Assembly: GCF_006345805.1 (NCBI RefSeq)
Contig: NC_043019.1
Span: forward strand, 18,537,360 to 18,601,359
DNA length: 64,000 nt
Origin: Octopus sinensis
Lineage: Eukaryota
Direction of reading: 5' to 3'
Position numbers and translations under genes: made by a program. Under the pieces are notes generated by a model. The model saw only the letters and a program-made list of their open reading frames with translations, was not told the origin of the DNA and did no database searches. Within the stretch, counting starts at the first letter, position 1; each line of letters begins with the position of its first letter. Shown piece after piece: positions 1 through 9,959 of this stretch.

Positions 1-411
1 ACCTGCAAATAGCTCACAGTATTGTACTCTCTTGAGAGAATTACGTACATAATTTACACATACATCGAAGAATAGACGTGTGTGTTTGTGTATGTGTGCG
101 TTCATACATCTACTGTGTCAGGCTATGTTCAGTTATAACATACAACCTATTTGTCGCTTCTGATCAACAAGCTACAGGAGAACTTCCTCTCTTCGCGATT
201 AAAAATGAAATGTCGAGTGCCAAAGGAGTCTTAATTACTGAGAAGTACAATCGAAATATGTTAAAGATAAAATAGAATTGATTGCACATATGTAGCAAAT
301 TACTGATGAGATAAGCAGTAGGCAGAGTTCAAATTTGTCAAAGCTAATAATAAAGCTCACACGTTAGTATTGAAGGAGAATTTCTGTACTTTATTTCAAA
401 GGTGTGAAGAC

Positions 412-1790
412 TTAATGCATGTTTTTTATTTCATCAGACCTTGTTCGTCTCGGAATGATTGGTAATGTCTGCCTGAAGTCTTCTGATAAAACTAATGTAA
501 TTCCCCCTATAGACTTATTGTTGCCTCTTATGTCCTGTAACACTTCTGCTGAACTTGAACCTTTGCTTATGTTACAAATTGGACTGTCATTTGTGACCAG
601 GTTTAGCAAAATGAGCTGTTTGTCCTCCTGGGAGAATGGTGGCAGCAATGTCAGACGATGTTACAGCAACTGCAATTCTTTTGTGCTGCCTTGCCTTGAA
701 GAAAAGCAATGTCGTTACAAATATTTTACCTGTACCACCAGGAGCATCAAGAAAGAAAATTCCTCTACATTTTTTCTGTGACTGACGAAATAATTTTAAC
801 ATATGCTCAACGTTATTCTGGAAGAAATTTAGGTTCATGTTCATTAATAAATGCAGTCAAACTCTGTGATGCCATAATTTGGCTCTCTTGCTATGTTTCT
901 TAAAGTTAAATCACTAATTTGATAGTTTGTTTTTGGCAGACTCTTGCAAATTTTTGTCACCCATGGCCACAACTTGATCCTCAATTTCAATCAATGCTTC
1001 ATTAAAAATTGTTTCAGAGAACTGAATATTGATATCTGGGTTTTCCTGTTGAACTGCATACTTTAAGTCCTCAGACATGTCCTCACGATGTTTCATCCAA
1101 AGCTGTAGGAGAATGCCAAGTTGACACATGTTCAGTATAATTGCAAAAAAGGTTGCGGAGTTTCCTTGGAGAATCTGATACAGGTACTTCAGTCAATGCA
1201 AGGTCCCAATGCTCACCATTTTTAAAAAAAGCCTTGTTGATAGCATGCTTCCCTATAAGTTTCACACATGCAACCATTTACTTTCCTCAAATCTGAAAAT
1301 GATTTGGGACCACATACTTCATGCATTCTGCTTGGCTTGGGTGGACACTGTAAACTTGTGCAAGAGCATCAGCCCCATGTTTCCTCTCATACCATTTATT
1401 GTTTCTCCAAGTGTAATACTTGAGTAATTGTGGGTAAAGAAGTTTTCTTGCATCTTCATCTACTTGACACAACTTAAAAAAGGCAGTAAGGGTAGTTTCA
1501 TTTGTAGAAAGTGTTTGTTGCAAGGCTGTTTGTTTTGTGAAGATAACCCTGTGGTCATTCTCTCGATGGTCACTCAAATGAATGATGGCTGGGTGCCTCT
1601 CACAAATGAGAAAATTGAAGAAGTGCCAAAAAGTCTCATTGGTACTCATGTATCTTCCTTTGTTATACTTTGCAACTTCGTCATTTTTATTTATCTGTTG
1701 ACTGCCATTTTACATAAGAATGTATGTTGTAACATCTAAACTTTTGTGTATATGTTTGCAAACATACTTAATAGAGTTAATAGAGTTTCA
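412..1790 (-). mobile_element. Degenerate Helitron Rep/helicase (PIF1-like) fragment
   Basis: Frameshifted minus-strand ORFs give FFLDAPGGTGK (Walker A), GGITLVLSEDFRQTLPIIPR (PIF1 GDFRQ motif), and HPAIIHL..H.EN / TTLTAFFKLCQ.DEDARKLLY, typical of Helitron RepHel proteins. Confidence 0.85.
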
Positions 1791-1816
1791 GAAGTCTACA
1801 TTGACAACTTTGAAAA

Positions 1817-2560
1817 TTAAAGGTTGCCTACCTTCCTTTTTTTCCCCTTTTTTTCCGGAGAGGTCTCTACCTCCTCGACTACCTCCATCTCTCCCTCAAG
1901 AGGAGGAGGGGTCTCTTCTACAACCAACTGTTCCAGGATCCTACTCTGGTCCTGGGGACAGTTCTTTTTGATGTGGCCCAGTTCCAGGCACAGGTGACAC
2001 TTTTGGTGGGGGGTATCCCTCAAGAATCGCTGGGTACCTGCAACCGGCCAGTTTAAAACAATTTGGAAAAGCCAGATTCTTAGCTGGTCAGCTTTTGACC
2101 CTACCCAATCAGCCACCAGCAAAATTTTAACATTAAGCTACTTGGATCCACTGCCACCCAGACCCCGGCAGAGAGTGTCCTCTATCCACTCGGGTTATTT
2201 CCTGGGTGGCAACCTGCAGACCCAAGCTCTTGTCAACTTCTTCCCACCTTACGTGGGAAGAAACAAAATATCTTTGCCTTCCAACGGCTGGCTTGCAAAT
2301 TTGCAAACCTCCTCAGGGGTGTCAAATAGCAACCACACCGTTGCATATTTGACCCCACAGGAGGTGAATTTAATAGTTGGCAAATACTCTGCCAACTCTT
2401 TTTCAATTTGAGTCTTTTATAAGAGGGCGATGGTGTCGAGCGACTTTGAATAAGTCCTTAGCACCACCATCTTCTCTTCACAGTCTTTCATCCACTGTTT
2501 GGATAGGACAATCTCCCACTCCAACTCAGTGTTGTTTGACTTTTTTGCCATTTTTGGGGA
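1817..2560 (-). mobile_element. Gag-like / LINE ORF1 fragment with CCHC zinc knuckle
   Basis: CHLCLELGHIKKNC (CX2CX4HX4C) at about 1958-1999, followed by an acidic then basic tail; the upstream extent is approximate. Confidence 0.55.
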
Positions 2561-3150
2561 GGGGGAGTTCAAAAAAGCAAAAACGAGCAACAAATCCCTA
2601 CTGAATCCCCAAAAAACAAATGCCTTACCTTGTAGTTGTGCTTGTTCAATAATTCACGATGTTAGTGTGCAGCGACATGACTCCTAGCAGTGCAAAGAAA
2701 ACACTGACCAACGCATGCGCAGGGAAGCAAGCTTCTTACCACACAGCCACTCCTCCCACCACCTTGCCATACATTGTGCTAAACCACCACCTTGCCATAA
2801 CTTGTGCCAACCAAAGCTGTTCGTCATGAACTCTATAAACCTGCGAAGGATTATCTGAATATTCTGGCTGATTACGTCCTTATACTAACTTTCCCTTGGA
2901 GAATGCCTTGATTAATACAGCTAATGTTAGTCAAAATCAGTATGGAGAGCACAAAAGTAACGTAGCCATGTTGGACTGGTCCCCATACACACTGGATTTT
3001 AATATAATCGAATATTTACGGTACATTTCTAGCAGTACACGGGAAGTCGCTTTATAGATCGGCTCGCCCTCGTTTGAAAAAGAATTAAATAATAACAACA
3101 AAAACAACGAAATAATGAACTCTAACATTGTCAAAGAGTTATATATTTAA

Positions 3151-3348
3151 CCCTTTTGTTACGAACCCGGCTGAAACTGGCTCTGGGTACAAATGCCTTA
3201 TTTTCATAAGTTTTGAATAAAAATCTTCCACCAAACCTTAGTCACAATTTATGTTTCCTAATAGCTAAATTATTTTACTAAATTCTTTGTTATATTTAAA
3301 GTAATTGAAAGAAACACAGCATCTCAAAAAAACACAGTAACGAAAGGG
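3151..3348. mobile_element. piggyBac-type MITE
   Basis: TTAA|CCCTTTTGTTAC ... GTAACGAAAGGG|TCAA: 12-bp TIRs starting CCC, flanked by TTAA and a mutated TTAA. Confidence 0.7.
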
Positions 3349-3651
3349 TCAACTTGTTTTGTGACATAACCAGTCAAATACTGGGGATGGATTAAGCTAC
3401 AACTTTACCCTCCTTCCAAAATGTGTGATTGTGTTATGATAGGAATATTACCTATGTTTGTATCAACGATTCTCCATCGATTATTGAACCATCTACAGTC
3501 TTTAAATATACACGTATCAAATGCACGGGAAAACCAAGCTGCCTTGCTGCAGATGCAGTAACCAAATATAGGGCAACCAGAGCAAGCTACTAAAAAAAGG
3601 AAATGGAAGACATTATGAAATAACAAATATCTAAATTACTATTAAGAATGG

Positions 3652-3688
3652 CATTGAAGTTTCGGTCAAGTAATCCACCATCAGACTG
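3652..3688 (-). ncRNA. Degenerate minimal type I hammerhead motif
   Basis: Minus strand: cagt CTGATGG t gg-attacttga-cc GAAA ct TC aatg; several core and stem mutations. Confidence 0.4.
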
Positions 3689-4195
3689 ATGCATTTCAGT
3701 CATTGCTTGGCTTTATATTGTCTTTGTTGAGATAAAAAGATTATCTTGGGCAGGCAGAGTTCTCTTGAACAGTAATTAGGTTGTAGGGTACGATGTGATG
3801 GATATATATATATATATATTTTGTCAGCAGATGTATAACTAGTTTTCATTATTGTTGGCTTCATTGGGTTTAATCCTTTACTTTGAGAATGTAGAGGTCA
3901 GAATTCAAAGTTTAGTCCACATTTAATAATTTGTAATTGGGTGTGTCAGCTTTTTCACAAGAGATTTTTAAGGCTTCACATAAGAATGTAAGTGGTATGA
4001 TTCAGTTGGTCAGCAAGTTTCATTACTTGTCACTGACGTTATTTGGTCGAGCTTACTCTGTACTCCATACTTTTGTACTCTACAAAAGAATGGAGTAATC
4101 GCTCATATTAATGTAATTATTTTTAATCATAACTGAATAAACAAACATGGACGCATACATACATGTATATATACATATATATATACATATATATA

Positions 4196-4819
4196 TCTGA
4201 CTCCTCAGATTTTTTGAATGCTGGACTACTGGTTTTAAATTGATATTAAAATTAATATTAATTTATCTCCCTCAATTTTTAAATATTTAAATAAATGCGT
4301 TCCCTAGTTGTAAGCACTATCCGCAGTGAATTATTCACTGCAGTCCTTCGCTTCAGGAGTCTCTCAGCGCGCCAGAACCAAGACATTTGAAATTTTATTC
4401 CCGATGTAATCAGTAAGACTAAGCACGTGTCTGTCTTGACACAGAGAGCTGGGGTTAGTCTTGCGGTTTGCATCACGAGGACCGAATGTGCTGAAGAAGT
4501 CACGGACACTTGAATTATGCAAGTAATTCTTTTGTTAAGACCGAAACCGAGGTATGCATTTAAGTCTGTTATTTATTTAATTTTTCATATGTCCTGCCCG
4601 CCAAAGTTGGTTCTGGTGTTCGCTGAATTCTTCCTCTAGAGAATTTCCCTTGTAGTTTGATCGTTGATGATCTTCTTCTAGCATTCTGGCCGGCTACCTA
4701 GCAGGCCAGCCCTGCCAATATACACATATATTTGAATTTTCTCTGACTCCTCAGATTTTTTGAATGCTGGACTACTGGTTTTAAATTGATATTAAAATTA
4801 ATATTAATTTATCTCCCTC

Positions 4820-4825
<6 letters not shown>
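4196..4825 (+). mobile_element. Non-coding Penelope pLTR / retrozyme-like unit: 546-bp monomer plus 84-bp terminal direct repeat
   Basis: 4196-4279 is repeated at 4742-4825; a hammerhead lies inside; flanked by TA-rich microsatellites. Confidence 0.75.
4484..4561 (+). ncRNA. Type I hammerhead ribozyme with extended stem II
   Basis: gaatgtg CTGAAGA agtc...gaattat-GCAA-gtaattc...gacc GAAA ccgagg TA tgcattt; predicted cleavage after 4554; A-C mismatch at the base of stem II. Confidence 0.7.

Positions 4826-4900
<75 letters not shown>
4826..4900. repeat. (TA)n microsatellite
   Basis: Pure TA run. Confidence 0.98.
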
Positions 4901-4903
<3 letters not shown>

Positions 4904-5128
4904 GAAATATTAAAATTACTAAGTCTCTCTAAAAGAGATCACGGCAGCGTTCCTGGAAAATAATAGTTATCGCCATACTAACATGGCATTCTTATAAAAA
5001 TAAGAATAAAGCTGTCCGCTTATTAGCTCCATGAGGCCATCGCCTTAAGTTAGCTATTTGATACACAAACTGTATCCATATAACCTTCGAACAAGGGAGG
5101 TCAGTCGCTCCACACTACTTGATCGACA

Positions 5129-5170
5129 GCTACAGACGCGTTTCGGGGTATTGCCCCTTTTCAATGTAGC
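5129..5170 (-). ncRNA. Minimal type I hammerhead ribozyme, U3-A8 core variant (appears intact)
   Basis: Minus strand: gctaca TTGAAAA gggg-caata-cccc GAAA cgcg TC tgtagc; perfect stems I and II, palindromic CGCG in stem III. Confidence 0.85.
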
Positions 5171-5467
5171 GTAGTCAGACCAGTAGGTGTCGCTTCCGAC
5201 AATCTCTGTTCGAAGGTTTTATTTACCTAGTTTCAGTGGCCTCATGGAGCTAATAAGCGGACAGCTTTATTCTTATTTTTATAAGAATGCCATATTAGTA
5301 TGGCGATAACTATTATTTTCCAGGAACGCTGCCGTGATCTCTTTTAGAGAGACTTAGTAATTTTAATATTTCTATTATTGAAAACAAGTGGATGTATTCC
5401 ACTGAAACTAGGTAAATAAAACCTTCGAACAGAGATTGTCGGAAGCGACACCTACTGGTCTGACTAC

Positions 5468-5509
5468 GCTACATTGAAAAGGGGCAATACCCCAAAACGC
5501 GTCTGTAGC
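5468..5509 (+). ncRNA. Second copy of the same hammerhead, G12A mutant (probably inactive)
   Basis: gctaca TTGAAAA gggg-caata-cccc AAAA cgcg TC tgtagc; GAAA to AAAA at 5494. Confidence 0.8.
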
Positions 5510-5672
5510 TGTCGATCAAGTAGTGTGGAGCGACTGACCTCCCTTGTTCGAAGGTTATATGGATACAGTTTGTGTATCAAATAGCTAACTTAAGGCGATG
5601 GCCTCATGGAGCTAATAAGCGGACAGCTTTATTCTTATTTTTATAAGAATGCCATATTAGTATGGCGATAAC

Positions 5673-5730
<58 letters not shown>

Positions 5731-6319
5731 ATATGTATGTATGTATATATATTACATGTATATATGTATAGGCAATTATGCAGATAAATAAATTAGGTAG
5801 ATTAATTATTTCAAATATATTGAATAACATTTTTGGGGTATGAAATACAAAATATTATCATTCAACCACAGTAGTGGTTAAGTCCACCATTACGTCAGTC
5901 ACAGCAACTTCCAAGCTTCACCACTAATTCAGTTCTCAACTAAATTTCAAACTGTTAACAGTTTTAAAGAGGACACCTCCTTAGTTACACTTTGGCATAA
6001 ATAGTTTGAGATTTGGTTCAGTGGAACAAAAGTTACATCAAAATATCTGCGACCTCAAGGGAGGCAGTAAGGTAGGTATTCATCTTCAATTAGCATAATT
6101 TTAAAAATTTTAATATAAGTGTATACTTTTCTTAGGCTTAAATGATAGAAAAATGCAGAAGGAATTCAGAATCGTTAGTTGCATTGAACAAACATTAGTA
6201 GAAATAAGTATCAGGTAGAATACCACGAAATTTAATGTCAGTAAGTTAGGAAGTAAGGGTGTAATGTCCCATGCAATAAGAATAAAGAATGTATTTCTAA
6301 AATGAATGTTTACTTTCTA

Positions 6320-6425
6320 AGGCGGTGAGATGGCAGAAAAGTTAGTGTGCCGGGTGAAATGCTTAGCGGTATTTCCACTGAGTTCAAATTCTGCTGAGGT
6401 CGATTTTGCCTTTTATCCCTTTTGG
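6320..6425 (+). mobile_element. tRNA-derived SINE head fragment
   Basis: ggcggtgagatggcagaa ... gagttcaaattc with A/B-box-like motifs. Confidence 0.5.
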
Positions 6426-8299
6426 ATCTATTCAAAGTGACGTACAGGTTATTTAATTAATTCTTTTAACTAAACACTTTGAAACTTCCGATACTGGTAC
6501 AATGATTAAATGCCACGCAATATAGGGAAGATCAAGTACATCTTCGAATAACGAGCCTTCCACAAATCCCGAATGAATATTGATGCTCTGTCATCTCAAT
6601 TACTCTTACACATTGTGCACAAAAGTTTTCTCCATTGAAACATTCAAATGCAGAGGTTTTTATATCCCTGATTTTCCAGTTTGAGTGCAAGTTTTTTTGA
6701 TGTTCATGTATTACCAGCTACCCTCCACTATTTTAAGCTTCCAGGCATCCTCGATAGTTAGTTGAATTAAGGTGAAATTTTGAGAAATATTGGTCTATTT
6801 TCGTCAATAACAGATATATTGTGCAATGAGTCCAATGTGCATGCATGAAGGTATTTAGGATGCATAGCGATTAAAATGTAATAAGAGTGAGGAGAAATTG
6901 TGTGGATATTGACACACTTTATTGAAATAAATACGTTTCCCCAAAATTAAACGTATGCAAAGTATATTTATAGCAACTCACACATATATAAATACAATTC
7001 ACCATACACTTAACCACATACACACTATCATACACATTTTACCCAAACATGCCCATAAACACTCACAAACATTCACATACACAACGTGCATACACATACA
7101 ATTGACCCTTACACTAAAAATATAAGTGAGGCTGACCTAAGTAATTTTGGATGAATGGGTTTATCTTTTGTTATCTTGTTCTACTAAAGTGTAGTAAGTA
7201 TGTTTTTTAAAGAGCATTATTATGTAGTTTTTTTAAACTTCAGGGGGACCACCTTCATGAAATATCGTGATATAGGATGTGGCCCGTTTGGGGTCAATCG
7301 GTTCAATTGGCCTAAGACCAACCCTGTACGTAGATGTTACTACACTTTATTATTCCTTCATCTTCTGCTCATATGCTACACCTGCATGCAATTACAGTCT
7401 GTTGGGCTAAACCTGGCCTGAATATATTAACAGAGTGCTTGAAAATACCTTCCACTGGGTTTATACAAATTATTTTCTCTTTCAACTTCACAAAGACACA
7501 CTCATTGGCGCTACAAATACTAAGCCATTAAATCACTGTACATTGTTCCTGGTGAACAAACATCCTCAACAAATACGACAAGCAAATATGCAGGCAAACT
7601 GACACAGAACCAGTGGCTGAGACAATGACGGGCACCTATAAGAGATGAAGGTAGTGTCAAGAGCAACAGAGGATATTTATGTGCAATAAACGGTGGTGCC
7701 GTGTACAATGATGGTGGAACACAAGCACATTTACAGCAGAGATTTAAGGCACGTCCCTGTACCGACACGCAAGAAGCATATCATGTAATGACAAGATTTC
7801 TTTCCTAACCTCGTCCTAAATTTCCACAGTAATGTTGATACGATAGATAAGAAATAATGACAAACCTGCAGCTGCTGGTTCAGCAAAAAATAAAAGCATA
7901 ATTGCCAGAACAGTCGTCATCTGTAATGAAAAATTAAATAAAGATGTGATACGTTTGCAAACATATCTTGTGAGAAAATTTAATTCAGATGATGACTAAA
8001 ACACTATCTTACTTATGAGTATGCAGAATACAGCTGGTTTCCTTTATGGAATAGATCCTAAGTGGGTCTGAAGAAAAAATATTACAGTCATCAAACCTGT
8101 TCGAATAACACATGAACTATTTGATAGGGCTACTCTGTAAAGTCACGAGTGAGAAGAGAAATTTTGTGAAAAATAAATGAGACTAAGTTCGATACATTTT
8201 CGAGTATAGGCCAGCCGACATAACAGAGCCGTGATCTCTTTTCTGTAAAAGCATTCGGAAACAGTTATGTAGGATTTTACAACTAAAGTGTCTGAACAT

Positions 8300-8600
8300 A
8301 AGCTGGACCAGGGGCTTTCTAGTTTGATATCTTTTTCAAACATTTAAAAAAAAAATTTCCCTTCGTAATATCTATATTCTCTAGCCTTGACTTATTTTCC
8401 TGTTCACTTTTAAACTCCTGAAACTAATCTGTTTTGTTGTTGTGTTGAACTTCCTTGCTCCAGACATCTAACCAAAAGATCCTTGCTGCTTCAACATTTG
8501 GTATATTATTCCTTTGATATTCATTCTCTTTGTTCAGCCATTGATAAAATTTCCTTTCGTTGTTCCTAAATATCCTGTTTTACTGATAATACTTTTAGAA
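8300..8600 (-). mobile_element. R4/Dong-clade LINE fragment (region upstream of RT)
   Basis: Hand translation: NRIFRNNERKFYQ...FWLDVWSKEVQHN...KKISN*KAPGP, similar to the element at 43930-47700. Confidence 0.55.
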
Positions 8601-9409
8601 TGGAACTAGAAGGCTCCCGATACCTGTGGAGTGTCTCCTTCTCTCATTACAATGATTTTTTTATAGTCTTAGGATTCTGGAACTTGAAGACGAAGAGGCT
8701 TACAAGCGGATGCAATTCAATAGTTGTTTATTTGGTTCTCATTTCATGGGGTTTGCTCCCAGTGACCATCTGTATGTCAGCGCGTAGTTCGTTAGCTCCG
8801 TTTGGGAGAGATACATTACCTCTGGAGATAATGGGTAAAGTTAGAGCGAGTTAAGGAGTTAAGAATCTGCTGTGAGCTGCTAGGTTGCAGTGTTGTTCAT
8901 CGCGAGCGCCAACGCGAGAGAAGAGAACGGGTTGCTCAATACACCTCCTTAAATAGATGTTGCCCACGAGAGGCTTGCTGTCTTCTCGCGCATGGCAAAC
9001 ATGGTTCTAGGCGAGATCTTGCTCTTGTCTTGGACCTGGCAATGGCCGCCAGCGAGATCTCATATAAAATGGCGCTGGCTTCTTGTGTCATGCTACACTT
9101 TCTTTGTTTTTGCTTTTTTTCTGCCTTAGGTTTCTACTCTATTTTTCCTGTTTGACTTTTAACTCTTAATTTTTACAGCAACAGAAGCTGCGCAATATAT
9201 TAGATAATTTACTTTTGTTATGTTCCCGTCTTTGATTTTCGCAAATAGTTTACCTGTACATGAGATCATTTATGTATCATTACTATTATAATTATTATTA
9301 CAAGGGGGATCTGTAGAATTCCCACGGAAAGAAAAACATTAAGAGAAGCTATTTAAGAAAGAAAGGATATTTTTTATTTGAGTGTAACAGGACATCTGCA
9401 AAGATCCTT

Positions 9410-9440
<31 letters not shown>

Positions 9441-9731
9441 TAATATATGTCAATGAAAATATGGATTAGAAGCAGCTCAAGGCATGTAAACAATATCGAA
9501 CACACATATAAAGGTATGTATTTTGCTAGTTCGTGGATAAGCGTAAGAGAATATATTCTCAGCAATGCACCTGGCGTTAAAACACCAGTGTATGTGTGTT
9601 CGATATATATATATATAATTAGCATCTGCATTGAGAGACTAATAACCCATTGTAGAAGCCACTATACATATATTTTAGTACGAAGTATTAGCTAAGTATA
9701 GAAATAAGAAAGAGAGATGACAACGGAATAA

Positions 9732-9950
9732 ATTATCATCTTATGGACTTCATTAGCTTACAGCTGTTTCTGTTATATAAGAAGCAGTAAACTCACAGTT
9801 GTCTGCCTAAATAACACTCTATAGCTTCATCGGACCTTCGAATATGAAGCCGGAGCTCCGATGAAGCTATGGAGTGTTATTCAGGTACTCAACAATGAGT
9901 CCACTGCATCTTATAGAAGCTGTGAACTAATGATGTTCATAAGGTAATCA
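9732..9950. repeat. Decayed inverted repeat containing hammerhead-like remnants
   Basis: Arms about 9732-9834 and 9857-9950; minus arm reads CCGATGA ... GAAA cagctg TA agct. Confidence 0.55.
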
Positions 9951-9959
9951 TTTGTTCGT

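Larger units (their letters stand above)
4899..5678. mobile_element. Penelope pLTR / retrozyme-like element: inverted copy plus 362-bp monomer plus partial repeat
   Basis: 4899-5239 is the reverse complement of 5399-5598 joined to 5237-5378; 5237-5316 is repeated at 5599-5678; bounded on both sides by (TA)n. Confidence 0.85.

Noticed and set aside
303-335. CTGATGA as a hammerhead core
   Set aside because: No stem II or GAAA follows
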